DNA of 63,929 bases, counting the filler, from Chlamydiia bacterium (GTDB lineage: Bacteria; Chlamydiota; Chlamydiia; Chlamydiales; FEN-1388), in assembly GCA_903848235.1 (NCBI GenBank). It is 13 parts of 13 records of this genome, joined end to end, with 100 filler letters (N's around TTAATTAATTAA, not from the genome) between each part and the next. Parts side by side here need not be neighbours in the genome. Positions count along the whole stretch, not along the records: positions 1 to 10,119 come from CAINFV010000241.1; positions 10,220 to 13,622 come from CAINFV010000243.1; positions 13,723 to 27,535 come from CAINFV010000244.1; 10 more parts are not named here. One strand, given 5' to 3'. This document shows positions 9,965-19,758 of this stretch, piece by piece (position 1 is the first letter of the stretch; each line of letters opens with the position of its first letter). The position numbers and the translations under genes are program-made. Below the pieces are notes generated by a model, which was not told the DNA's origin, ran no database searches, and worked only from the letters and a program-made list of their open reading frames with translations.

Positions 9965-10119
9965 TATACCGCTTCCACTTGAAAGTTGGAGTTTTTTGCC
10001 GCGTTAAAGCCTCGATCTTTGAGCCATCAAAAAACATCCAATAGTACACTATGGGGTGTTTTTTGATGGTCAAATCTCGAGCCTTTTCCGCGACAAAAAA
10101 CCTCAACTTTCAACTGTCA
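9965..10119. repeat. ERIC/MITE-like palindromic repeat, subfamily A (cut by contig end)
   Basis: TATACCGCTTCCACTTGAAAGTTG...CAACTTTCAACTGTCA; close homolog at 30272-30424. Confidence 0.8.
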
Positions 10120-10284
10120 NNNNNNNNNNNNNNNNNNNNNNNNNNNNNNNNNNNNNNNNNNNNTTAATTAATTAANNNNNNNNNNNNNNNNNNNNNNNNN
10201 NNNNNNNNNNNNNNNNNNNGAGAAATTCATTTAGCTGTGGGAAGCTTCTCACCGAAGATGGATTCAAAAATTTGTAAAGTCGAG

Positions 10285-11466
10285 TTAAGGTCTCTTTGCT
10301 TCCCAGCTGTCGCAGATTGGCCCTAACCTGGGGTTGACAAGGGCGCGAAGGCGTAAGAGGTCTAAAGAGAGAAGGAAATCCTCTTGAGAATGAAAGCGGG
10401 CATGGAGCCGAGGAGGGCCTTGCAGAGGTGTCATCCGAAATTGATTGACGATGATAAGAAATACGTTCGCAAGGAGCCTCTTCGGAAAATGAACAAAGGA
10501 TGAGGTGCTGATGCCATGGAGCAGCGTCTCGGCTAGATGGATGATCTCTTTCATAGAGGTCGAAGACTGCCGATCTTGTGACAATAAGAAGAGCTCTTCT
10601 TCCAAGATTGGAAAAACGATAGCGGCAAGAAGCGATGCGCGGTCGAGCTTTGGATGATTCAGCCGAGAGGTCATCTCATCAACAGCTTGTAGATACCTCG
10701 AAGCAATGTCGTTCGTCGGGTCGGCAAAAAAATGGTGGAAACAAGGGAAAAGGAGTTCTACAAAGCCAAAGTCGGTCAGCAGACGGAAGAAAGGTGCTGC
10801 CTTGGTAGATTCGAGCATCTTTAGGATTTCTTCTAAGATCCGAGCCTGAGCACTTTTTAAAATATCGTGGCGGCATCTCTTCATTGCAACAAGGGCGTTG
10901 TCATCACAGCGAAAGCCAAAACGGGCTTGGAATTTCAACAGTCGGATCATCCGAACTGGATCCTGGCGAAAACGAGTTTCTGGATCGCCAATCGTTTTTA
11001 AGAGCCCCTTCTTAATATCTTCGACACCATTTACGTAATCGAGGATCAGCTCTTTCGATGGGTCGTAGAACAGAGCGTTTATCGTGAAGTCGCGTCTCAT
11101 CACGTCTTCTTCTTCAGAGCCCCACCGATTGTCATGGACGATCAGGGACGATGACGTTGGATCGCCGGCACGGAAGGTGGAGACTTCAAAGATCTTTGTT
11201 CCGAACCTAATGTGAGCGAGCCGAAACCTGCGGCCAATAAGCAGACACTGCCTATGAAAGATTTTTTTAATCTCTTCTGGTTTGGCAGAAGTAGAGATAT
11301 CAAAATCCTTCGGGTGAAGGCCCAAGAGAAGATCCCGGACACTCCCACCGACAAGATAGGCGGTATGACCTGCCTGCTGCAGGGTCATGACAGTAGAAAG
11401 GGCATGCTGATCGACGTTGCTGTGGTCGATCGGATGCTCTGAGCGATGATATGTTTTAAGTTGCAC
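10285..11466 (-). CDS. pcnB: Poly(A) polymerase
   Basis: VGGSVRDLLLG.PKDFDI, PAP-type LIGRRFRLAHI signature, RRDFTINAL, DPVRMIR. Confidence 0.9.
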   Translation of the reverse strand: MQLKTYHRSEHPIDHSNVDQHALSTVMTLQQAGHTAYLVGGSVRDLLLGLHPKDFDISTSAKPEEIKKIFHRQCLLIGRRFRLAHIRFGTKIFEVSTFRAGDPTSSSLIVHDNRWGSEEEDVMRRDFTINALFYDPSKELILDYVNGVEDIKKGLLKTIGDPETRFRQDPVRMIRLLKFQARFGFRCDDNALVAMKRCRHDILKSAQARILEEILKMLESTKAAPFFRLLTDFGFVELLFPCFHHFFADPTNDIASRYLQAVDEMTSRLNHPKLDRASLLAAIVFPILEEELFLLSQDRQSSTSMKEIIHLAETLLHGISTSSFVHFPKRLLANVFLIIVNQFRMTPLQGPPRLHARFHSQEDFLLSLDLLRLRALVNPRLGPICDSWEAKRP

Positions 11467-11593
11467 AACTTATGCTGAAGCTATAACCATAAAAACGTAT
11501 TGTAGTTTGAAAACGGTTGCGTTGCAATAATATTCTGAGGGGGCATAAGCTTCGGGCAACGGCACCTGAAATTTCGAGCGGCGAGAAAAAGCG

Positions 11594-12967
11594 ATGAAAG
11601 GAACAGCAATTCCAAAATTATTTGGCACTGACGGCGTCCGCGGACGCGCGAACCTCTTCCCGATGACAGTAGAACTCGCCCTTGCCCTCGGCCGAGCCGT
11701 AGGAAAGGGATTTCGCTCACTGCCAGGCAAGCATCGCGTGGTTATCGGCAAGGATACCCGCCTCTCATGCTATATGTATGAGAATGCTTTGGTCTCAGGG
11801 CTCTGCTCGATGGGCGTTGACACCTATATGCTCGGCCCCCTCCCCACACCTGCCGTAGCATTTATCACCAGAGCGTACCGTGCGGACTTTGGCATTGTCA
11901 TCTCTGCCTCTCATAACCCCTTCTATGACAACGGCATTAAATTCTTTTCGTCAGAGGGCTTCAAGCCCCCAGAAAGCTGGGAGCGCGATATGGAGGCGCT
12001 GATTGCCAGAGGGCCGGAAGCGTTCGAGGAAGACCTGCCAAAAGAGCATGAGATAGGAAAGAACGTTCGTATCAACGATGCCGATGGCCGCTATATTGAA
12101 TTTATCAAAGCTACATTTCCCCGAAAGCTTTCCCTCAAAAATCTAGTCCTCGCTCTCGACTGCGCCAATGGCGCAGCCTATAAGGTGGCTCCTCTTGTCT
12201 TCCGCGAGCTCGATGCTGATGTCCATGTCTATGCCAACAACCCAAACGGCCTGAACATCAACGACGGTTGCGGTGCTCTTCACCCTGAGAACGTCCAGAA
12301 AGCTGTCATCGACCACCGAGCAGATGTCGGCATTGCTCTTGACGGCGATGCAGACCGCGTCATCATGGTCGACGAGAATGCGCAGATCGTCGATGGCGAT
12401 GCCATCCTCGCCATCTGTGCCAAAGACATGTTTTATAAGGGGATGCTCCAGTCTCCACGTGTCGTCACCACCCTTATGAGTAATCTAGGGTATGTCACCG
12501 CTCTTCGTGACATGGGAATAGAGGTCATCACATCGCAGGTCGGTGATCGCTACGTCCTCCAAGAGATGCTCAAATCCGATACGAACCTCGGCGGGGAGTC
12601 TAGCGGTCATATTATCTTCCTCGAACATAATACTACTGGCGACGGCCTTGTCTCAGCCCTTCAAGTACTCCGCATCATGATAGAGACTGGTAGCAAGCTC
12701 TCGGAGCTAGCAGGGGCTTTTAAAAAATTTCCACAGATATGCCTGAACGTCTACGTGCGCTCCAAGCCCCCGATTGACTCTATCGAAGGGCTCTCGCAAT
12801 ATATCACAGAGGTCGAACAGTCTCTTGGCTCAACAGGACGCCTTCTCGTCCGCTACTCAGGGACAGAGCCTATCCTCCGTATCATGGTAGAAGGACCCAA
12901 ACGAAGTCTGGTCCATCAGTATGCAGAACAGCTTGCTGCTATTGTCAAAACTCAGATCGGTGTTTAA
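11594..12967 (+). CDS. glmM: Phosphoglucosamine mutase
   Basis: LFGTDGVRG, ISASHNP, DGDADR, GGESSGH, RYSGTEP. Confidence 0.96.
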   Translation: MKGTAIPKLFGTDGVRGRANLFPMTVELALALGRAVGKGFRSLPGKHRVVIGKDTRLSCYMYENALVSGLCSMGVDTYMLGPLPTPAVAFITRAYRADFGIVISASHNPFYDNGIKFFSSEGFKPPESWERDMEALIARGPEAFEEDLPKEHEIGKNVRINDADGRYIEFIKATFPRKLSLKNLVLALDCANGAAYKVAPLVFRELDADVHVYANNPNGLNINDGCGALHPENVQKAVIDHRADVGIALDGDADRVIMVDENAQIVDGDAILAICAKDMFYKGMLQSPRVVTTLMSNLGYVTALRDMGIEVITSQVGDRYVLQEMLKSDTNLGGESSGHIIFLEHNTTGDGLVSALQVLRIMIETGSKLSELAGAFKKFPQICLNVYVRSKPPIDSIEGLSQYITEVEQSLGSTGRLLVRYSGTEPILRIMVEGPKRSLVHQYAEQLAAIVKTQIGV

Positions 12968-12975
12968 AAAAAATC

Positions 12976-13443
12976 ATGAGCAAGTGCAGGCCAGTGAAAT
13001 CCTCTATCTATTTCCATAAAGCCATTGCGGCCTTTGGTATATATACCCTTCTTTTTTCCTGTGTTTTGCTTCCCTCGGTAGAGCCATCGACACAAGAGCC
13101 CTACCATTTTTTTGGGCGCCACCTCACGGCACAGTATTATGACTGCGACCATGCTGCCCTCATTAACACTTGCCAGTTAGCAGCGGCAATGAAACAAGCG
13201 ACATTAGCCTCGGGCGCCACCGTGCTTGGCATGTCGGACTATACATTTCCAGGAGATGGATATACTATGGTCCTCCTACTGTCAGAGAGCCATGCTAGCA
13301 TTCATACCTATCCAGAATATAACGCCTGCTTTGTCGACCTCTTCACCTGCGGACAGAAGTGCTCGTCAGAGAAATTTGATGCTGCCCTCAGAGCGTATCT
13401 TAAGCCAAAACGTGTCTCGAGCAATGTCCAAGAGCGGCGGTGA
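12976..13443 (+). CDS. speD: Pyruvoyl-dependent decarboxylase proenzyme of the SpeD family, with hydrophobic N-terminal extension
   Basis: GRHL, LLSESHASIHTYPE, VDLFTCG. Confidence 0.85.
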   Translation: MSKCRPVKSSIYFHKAIAAFGIYTLLFSCVLLPSVEPSTQEPYHFFGRHLTAQYYDCDHAALINTCQLAAAMKQATLASGATVLGMSDYTFPGDGYTMVLLLSESHASIHTYPEYNACFVDLFTCGQKCSSEKFDAALRAYLKPKRVSSNVQERR

Positions 13444-13723
13444 AGCACAGTTGTATCGCCTTGTGTCAGAGGTCCGTGCATAATGTGTAAACTCGAGCTA
13501 GACGTCTTAACTAAATATTGATCTAACCACAGAAACAGCTCCATTTTTTCCCATTATTACCAACGAGCCGGCTGCCGATCCAGCAAAAGCACCTACAAAA
13601 GGTATTGGTATAAGAGCCTGCCNNNNNNNNNNNNNNNNNNNNNNNNNNNNNNNNNNNNNNNNNNNNTTAATTAATTAANNNNNNNNNNNNNNNNNNNNNN
13701 NNNNNNNNNNNNNNNNNNNNNNA

Positions 13724-15979
13724 GCGGAAATAGACCGTCTGGGGGCGTTATTGGGAGAGGAAAAGGCAACTCCCAATGATATTTATTCCGTCCGCCATCA
13801 AATCGACGCCTTGAGATCAATAAAATATCCACAGGATTCGGCTACCTTGGGCACACTTGATGCGCTCAGCGATCAGTGCGAAACAAAATTAATAGAGCTG
13901 GGGATAGCAAGTTCTACCACAATGCTCGCCCTTCAGTCTGAAGAGGCAGAAATGAAAGGCAAGGCGCTTCAGGAATTCAGAACCTGCTTTAGAAACGTTT
14001 CGCTGCGCGGCAAACAAAAGCTTAAAGAATCAGTGTCGGCTCTTCCCAACGGGGACGTGAAAAAAAGCTTACAAAGGGCACTACGGGAGGAGGAGCAAAA
14101 ATGGGCGTTCCAAATGGCGCTTCGTCCTCAGGGGGCGGAGGCATCACTTTCTAAAGAAGATCATGAAGCATTGGTGATGGAACAAGCGTTGATGGAGGAT
14201 TATCAGATCAAATTTAAAGCGGCCAAGGAGAAAAAAGCGTCATTAGACAAAGCGAGTAGAGAAGTAAAAACGAAAAAGCAGGGAGGCGAGGCCGTACAGG
14301 CAATAGAGGTGCCTCTCCCTCCTACTCCTCTAATTGATGCTATGAATATGGTGAAAGCTTTTAAAAGTAAATCTACGGCCCGAATATCCCCTTATTTTGA
14401 AAATAGGATCCAGCTTTTTGATACATTGATAGAAATCTCGAAAGAAGTAGTTGGAGATGAAGAGATTACAGCCTGTGCGGACTGTGTGAAAGATCTGCTA
14501 AGAGAGCAGCGAGGGACCTCAGTTTCCGTGGAGGAAGTAGGGAAGCGAGTGGTTACGATAGCTGAAAATCTCGGTCGTGCGGCTAGTGATGAAAATGTTA
14601 GCGTTGAAATAAAAGCAGAACTAAAAAAACCTGAAATGTATGTAACCGAACCGCCCTTCTCACCAGTGTCGTCGTTAGGAATGATTCGGGAAGGGGTAGA
14701 CGAAGGAGAGCGATCATCCAAGGCGGTTAAAATAATTGCAGGAGATCTTTTTGCACACACAGCGGCAGCATTTCTCAATGATTCCATTGCCGACATCCGA
14801 TTAGCGCAATCCTCAAAATACAATCAACAGCTTAGCAGAGCTGGCATTGAAATAAAAAATTATGTCGTATCAGACATTCTTTCTGCCCCAGATTTGGAAA
14901 CGGCGCAAAAAAAATGTCAATTTTGGCTTGCTGTTGCTGAGGAATGCCGTGAAAATGGTAACTTGACAGCTCTCTCGATGATAATTGGCACACTCAATGA
15001 TGCTCTGGTATCAAAACTTATTCCTCAAAAGGAGCATCGCTTCGATTCTTATAGGAGCCGATTGGATAATCTCAATGGCCTTTTGTCGGCGGAATTTAGT
15101 TTCGGAAGGGCGAGAGCCTATCAGAGGGAGCGCTTGGGAGCGCATCCCCCGATGCCGCTGGTGCCATTTCTTATGCCCTTCGATTTCGATTTTGAACACG
15201 TGAAAGAGAATACACATTACGCTGAAGGGGAAGTCGTCGAGGAAATTGCATCAGAAATGGCACAGATCAGAGGGGGGCTTGAGGCATCAATTCCACAGGG
15301 GATAATACGTCAAACGACAGATCTTTCGGAGCACCTCAAGAAAGTAAAGCCAATGCCGAGCACAGATTTGGCGATGTGCAAATTTATCCCCTCGATGAGA
15401 ATCCTAGGAAAAGTAGATCAAGCGACTAAATCATTAGGCGATAAATCAATTTTTGAAAAGCAGGGAGTTCCGTTCTCATCAGATCTGGTGGCTGTCATTG
15501 ATCTTGAAGAGAAATGTGAGTTTACTAGTGATGGAATGCTTGTCTCAGGAAGTGATACAAAAGGAAGTATCTATAAGTTGAAAACCGCCTATGAAAAAGA
15601 GATCATGGAGCCGGCACGAGCTGTCGTTGGCAAACTTAAAGACCCAGCAACGAGAGAGGGCGCGTTACAAGATCTAGAAACAATGTCTCGGTTTCTTACT
15701 CCAAAATCCCGCATAGCACTTCAGAACTTGATTGATGAGGCGAATCTGGAAGGAGCTGATCTAGAAGAAGCAAAACTTGTTCTAGATCCTTTTAAATTTG
15801 CGAAAAAACTTGTCACAAGACTTTCTGATCCAGACGAGTGTAATAAAGCTGTAAATGTTCTGAAAAGAATATTTGTACACCTTACAAGTGATGAGAGAAA
15901 ACAGCTGACCGAACTAAAAAACATCACTTCAGTGCAAATAAGTGTATCAGAAGCAGCAAAAAAAATATTCCAGGCATAA
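13724..15979 (+). CDS. RasGEF (CDC25-like) domain protein, 5' partial
   Basis: FWLAVAEECRENGNLTALSMIIGTLNDALVSKL...LLSAEFSFGRARAY...PLVPFL matches the CDC25 pattern; frame is open to the contig edge. Confidence 0.75.
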   Translation, partial: AEIDRLGALLGEEKATPNDIYSVRHQIDALRSIKYPQDSATLGTLDALSDQCETKLIELGIASSTTMLALQSEEAEMKGKALQEFRTCFRNVSLRGKQKLKESVSALPNGDVKKSLQRALREEEQKWAFQMALRPQGAEASLSKEDHEALVMEQALMEDYQIKFKAAKEKKASLDKASREVKTKKQGGEAVQAIEVPLPPTPLIDAMNMVKAFKSKSTARISPYFENRIQLFDTLIEISKEVVGDEEITACADCVKDLLREQRGTSVSVEEVGKRVVTIAENLGRAASDENVSVEIKAELKKPEMYVTEPPFSPVSSLGMIREGVDEGERSSKAVKIIAGDLFAHTAAAFLNDSIADIRLAQSSKYNQQLSRAGIEIKNYVVSDILSAPDLETAQKKCQFWLAVAEECRENGNLTALSMIIGTLNDALVSKLIPQKEHRFDSYRSRLDNLNGLLSAEFSFGRARAYQRERLGAHPPMPLVPFLMPFDFDFEHVKENTHYAEGEVVEEIASEMAQIRGGLEASIPQGIIRQTTDLSEHLKKVKPMPSTDLAMCKFIPSMRILGKVDQATKSLGDKSIFEKQGVPFSSDLVAVIDLEEKCEFTSDGMLVSGSDTKGSIYKLKTAYEKEIMEPARAVVGKLKDPATREGALQDLETMSRFLTPKSRIALQNLIDEANLEGADLEEAKLVLDPFKFAKKLVTRLSDPDECNKAVNVLKRIFVHLTSDERKQLTELKNITSVQISVSEAAKKIFQA

Positions 15980-15985
15980 GAAACA

Positions 15986-16024
15986 GAGAGAGGCATAGAA
16001 AACATACGTTCACTGTGCCTCTCA
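15986..16024. terminator. Hairpin between convergent RasGEF gene and rpsJ
   Basis: GAGAGGCATAG...CTGTGCCTCTC inverted repeat. Confidence 0.5.
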
Positions 16025-16047
16025 TTTCTAAATGTCAGAAAAAGTCC

Positions 16048-16434
16048 TTACGCAGCGCGGATCTTGATATCAACGCCAGCGGGAAGGCTGAGAGTCTTCA
16101 ACGCGTCGATGGTCTTTGCCGTTGGGCTTAAGATATCAACGAGGCGCTTGTGAGTTCTGATCTCAAACTGCTCACGTGACTTACGGTCGATGTTCGGAGA
16201 ACGAAGCACCGTGTAGATCTCACGCTTCGTAGGAAGCGGGATAGGACCTACAACAGCAGCGCCAGTGCGCTTTGCCGTTTCTACAATATCCATCGTTGAC
16301 CGATCAAGGAGTCGCTGGTCATACGCTTTGAGCCGGATGCGAATCTTCTGACGCACGGCTTTCGGCGCTTGCTTCTCTTGTGTCTTCGGTGGCAATTGCT
16401 TTTCTTGCTTTGGAGCTTTTTCTTGTTTGGCCAT
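16048..16434 (-). CDS. rpsJ: 30S ribosomal protein S10 with N-terminal extension
   Basis: [30 protein letters not shown]. Confidence 0.97.
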   Translation of the reverse strand: MAKQEKAPKQEKQLPPKTQEKQAPKAVRQKIRIRLKAYDQRLLDRSTMDIVETAKRTGAAVVGPIPLPTKREIYTVLRSPNIDRKSREQFEIRTHKRLVDILSPTAKTIDALKTLSLPAGVDIKIRAA

Positions 16435-16436
16435 GA

Positions 16437-18554
16437 TTACTTCTTCACGATTTCTTCTTTGATCTTTGCAGGAACTTTTTCGAAATGGTCAGGCTCCATC
16501 ACATAGGTAGCACGACCAGATGAAAGTGAGCGAAGCTGTGTGGAATATCCAAACATCTCGCTTAACGGTACATGAGCGTGGATTACCGCCGCCCCACCCT
16601 TGGCAGCATCCTGCCCAAGAACACGACCGCGTCGACGTGAAATGTCACCAAGAACATCGCCAACATTGGCCTCTGGTGTCGTTACGTCAACACGCATGAT
16701 AGGTTCAAGAAGCTCCGGCGTTCCCTTTTTCGCGGCTTCGCGAATCGACATCGATCCGCAAATCTTAAAGGCTAACTCGCTGGAGTCAACTTCGTGATAG
16801 GAACCAAAGACAATACGGACAATGACGTCGACCAGCGGATAGCCAGCGAGAACACCATTAGCCAGACCTTCTTCAATCCCTTTAATCGTCGGAGCTATGT
16901 ACTCTCTTGGGATGACACCACCGACGATCTTACTGACAACTTCGTTGCCTTTACCCCGTTCGTTCGGCTCGATCTCAATCTCAACGTGAGCATACTGCCC
17001 GCGGCCGCCAGACTGCTTGACAAACTTCGTCTGCGCAGTGGCAGGAGCAAAAATCGTCTCTTTATAGGCAACCTGAGGGGCGCCGACGTTTGCTTCGACA
17101 CCAAACTCGCGACGCATCCGATCATAGAGGATATCAAGGTGAAGCTCACCCATACCACGGATGATCGTCTGCCCGGTCTCTTCGTTGGTGCTGACACGGA
17201 ATGTCGGATCTTCATCAGACAGCGCTGAGAGAGCAAAGGCAAGCTTTTCTCGATCGCCTTTGGACTTTGGCTCAATGGCCATAGAGATAACAGGCTCTGG
17301 GAACTCCATCTTCTCTAAGACAAGAGGATGTTCTAGTGAGCAGATGGTATCGCCAGTTGTCGCACTCTTCGGCCCTACGACAGCAGCAATGTCACCAGCA
17401 TAGAACTCATCGCGTTCTTTTCGCTGGTTAGCATGCATCTCAAGGAGACGAGAGATACGCTCTTTGGTATCTTTGGTGGCGTTTAAAATCGTCGTTCCCT
17501 TGACCAAGGTGCCGCTATAGATACGAATATAGGTGATACGACCTACATAGGGGTCAGAGACAATCTTAAAGGCAAGGGCTGCCAGAGGAGCATTGTCATC
17601 AGGAGGCGCCATCTCTTCGACGTGTGTCGACGGCTCAAAAGCGCGTACAGAACCACGGTCCATAGGAGATGGAAGCCAATCGACAACAGCATCAAGCAGC
17701 TGCTGCACGCCTTTGTTCTTAAAGGCAGAACCACACATGACAGGAATGATCTTATTGGAGCAGACCGCCTTGCGCATCGCACGATGGATCTCTTCTTCAG
17801 TCACTGTGTCTGGATCTTCGAGAACTTTTTCGAGGAGCTGTTCGTCGAGCGTTGCCAGATCTTCGAGGAGCTCGTGACGCATTTTTATACATTTTTCGAG
17901 AAGATCTGCAGGAACATCCTCTTCTTCCCAGTCAGCGCCGAGCGTCTCATCATGGAAGTACAATGCCTTCATGCGGATCAGGTCAACCATCCCTTTAAAG
18001 TTGCCTTCTGCTCCAATGGGGCAGTGGACGGGCCATGCATTGGCACCTAGCTTCTCACGTAAACTATGAAGAGCATCAAAGAAGTCGGCCCCTGTTCGGT
18101 CCATCTTGTTGACGAAGACGATACGAGGAACACCATACTTGTCAGCCTGACGCCAGACAGTTTCTGACTGCGGCTCTACACCACCAACGGCGCAGATCAC
18201 AGTGACAGCACCGTCAAGGACACGCAGGGAACGTTCTACTTCAATGGTGAAGTCCACGTGGCCTGGAGTGTCAATCAGGTTAATACGAGCGAGGGTGCCT
18301 TCCTCTTTCTGCTTTCTCCCTTGTCGGGAACGCCAGAAGACGGTCGTTGCAGCAGAGGTAATAGTGATACCACGCTCCTGCTCCTGCACCATCCAATCCA
18401 TGGTCGCAGCGCCTTCATGCACTTCGCCGAGCTTATGCGTACGGCCAGTGTAATAGAGGATACGCTCTGAGGTCGTCGTCTTCCCAGCATCGATATGTGC
18501 TACGATGCCAATGTTACGAACGTTTGATAACTTCTCGTTTAGAGGTCTTGCCAT
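16437..18554 (-). CDS. fusA: Elongation factor G
   Basis: [39 protein letters not shown]. Confidence 0.98.
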   Translation of the reverse strand: MARPLNEKLSNVRNIGIVAHIDAGKTTTSERILYYTGRTHKLGEVHEGAATMDWMVQEQERGITITSAATTVFWRSRQGRKQKEEGTLARINLIDTPGHVDFTIEVERSLRVLDGAVTVICAVGGVEPQSETVWRQADKYGVPRIVFVNKMDRTGADFFDALHSLREKLGANAWPVHCPIGAEGNFKGMVDLIRMKALYFHDETLGADWEEEDVPADLLEKCIKMRHELLEDLATLDEQLLEKVLEDPDTVTEEEIHRAMRKAVCSNKIIPVMCGSAFKNKGVQQLLDAVVDWLPSPMDRGSVRAFEPSTHVEEMAPPDDNAPLAALAFKIVSDPYVGRITYIRIYSGTLVKGTTILNATKDTKERISRLLEMHANQRKERDEFYAGDIAAVVGPKSATTGDTICSLEHPLVLEKMEFPEPVISMAIEPKSKGDREKLAFALSALSDEDPTFRVSTNEETGQTIIRGMGELHLDILYDRMRREFGVEANVGAPQVAYKETIFAPATAQTKFVKQSGGRGQYAHVEIEIEPNERGKGNEVVSKIVGGVIPREYIAPTIKGIEEGLANGVLAGYPLVDVIVRIVFGSYHEVDSSELAFKICGSMSIREAAKKGTPELLEPIMRVDVTTPEANVGDVLGDISRRRGRVLGQDAAKGGAAVIHAHVPLSEMFGYSTQLRSLSSGRATYVMEPDHFEKVPAKIKEEIVKK

Positions 18555-18575
18555 AGTCTTCTATAATCCTAAAGA

Positions 18576-19049
18576 TCACCATTTATAATGAGCAAAGGCC
18601 TTGTTTGCCTCGGCCATACGATGGGTGTCTTCCTTTTTCTTAATTGTAGTCCCTTGATTGTTGAAACAATCGCCCAGCTCGAGGGCTAACGCCTCTTCCA
18701 TAGCTTTCCCAGGTCGTGCTCGCGAATGGGTGATAATCCATCGCATTGCCAACGATAACTGTCGTGGTGCTGGTATTTCTACCGGCACTTGATATGTAGC
18801 GCCACCAATACGTCGCGATTTGACTTCGAGTTGTGGCTTGGCATTGCCAAGAGCAATCTCAAAGGCTTCGAGACAGTTTTCGATTTTTGCGCGTTTGGCA
18901 AATGACTCTAAAGCATTGTATACAATTCGGCGGGCAGTGCTTTTCTTGCCGCCCATCATAACTTTATTGATGAATTTTTCAAGGATAAGACTTCCAAACC
19001 GTGGGTCTGGATCTATCGGACGGGGGGCAGCTCTTCGTCTTCTTGACAT
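18576..19049 (-). CDS. rpsG: 30S ribosomal protein S7
   Basis: EVKSRRIGGATYQVP, MAEANKAFAHY. Confidence 0.98.
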   Translation of the reverse strand: MSRRRRAAPRPIDPDPRFGSLILEKFINKVMMGGKKSTARRIVYNALESFAKRAKIENCLEAFEIALGNAKPQLEVKSRRIGGATYQVPVEIPAPRQLSLAMRWIITHSRARPGKAMEEALALELGDCFNNQGTTIKKKEDTHRMAEANKAFAHYKW

Positions 19050-19185
19050 AGCTTCTCATGTTCTCTTCAGTTTTCGAATAACTTCAGAAAGAGTCCAAAC
19101 AACTGGACAAATGGTTTTCTGCCGTCTCCTCATCACATCACAGATCAATGCAATGCGACAATGAAGGATGGAAGAAAACCCTTCC

Positions 19186-19557
19186 TTACTTCGGCAGCTT
19201 TGCGCCGTATTTCGATCTTCCCTGTCTACGATCCTTTACCGGTGCCGTATCGTGGACACCACGAACGATATGGTAGCGGACCCCAGGAAGATCTCGTACC
19301 CGTCCACCACGGACGAGAACAATGCTGTGCTCTTGAAGGTTATGGCCTTCACCACCGATATAGGCAATGACTTCTTGCCCAGTGGATAACCGAACCCATG
19401 CTACCTTTCGGAGCGCTGAGTTAGGCTTTTTCGGCGTCTTTGTTTTCACTTGAACGCAAACACCACGTTTTTGCGGACATGCGCGCAATGCCGGAGAACG
19501 GCTTTTCCATTTCTTCGGCGAACGGGGTGAGCGGACCAACTGATTGATCGTTGGCAT
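19186..19557 (-). CDS. rpsL: 30S ribosomal protein S12
   Basis: [28 protein letters not shown]. Confidence 0.98.
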   Translation of the reverse strand: MPTINQLVRSPRSPKKWKSRSPALRACPQKRGVCVQVKTKTPKKPNSALRKVAWVRLSTGQEVIAYIGGEGHNLQEHSIVLVRGGRVRDLPGVRYHIVRGVHDTAPVKDRRQGRSKYGAKLPK

Positions 19558-19758
19558 ACGAGACTATCCTTTTCTAAATAACACCCTAATGAGGCAATAC
19601 CCATCTGGGAAACTAAGTGGCAATATGCTATCACGCCACGGCACTTCCGCTCAAAGAGTTTTAGCTCGCTGAGGGAAAATACCTCTCTGCTATAGACAAA
19701 TCTTTACGCTTCGTATATGAGTTGAAGGTGCCAACATGGGGTAAAAAAGGGGCGATTC

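Noticed and set aside
9679..10044. 121-aa plus-strand ORF
   Set aside because: Antisense to tRNA-Arg and runs into a palindromic repeat
10120..10219. Recurring N-run/TTAATTAATTAA/N-run motif (12 copies)
   Set aside because: Artificial contig linker with stops in all frames; ORFs containing X or ending in LIN are artefacts
16600..18490. Multiple ORFs antisense or out of frame to fusA
   Set aside because: Shadow ORFs of a conserved gene
16048..19557. str operon lacking tuf, and rpsJ detached from the S10 operon
   Set aside because: Known Chlamydiota arrangement; used only as a taxonomic clue
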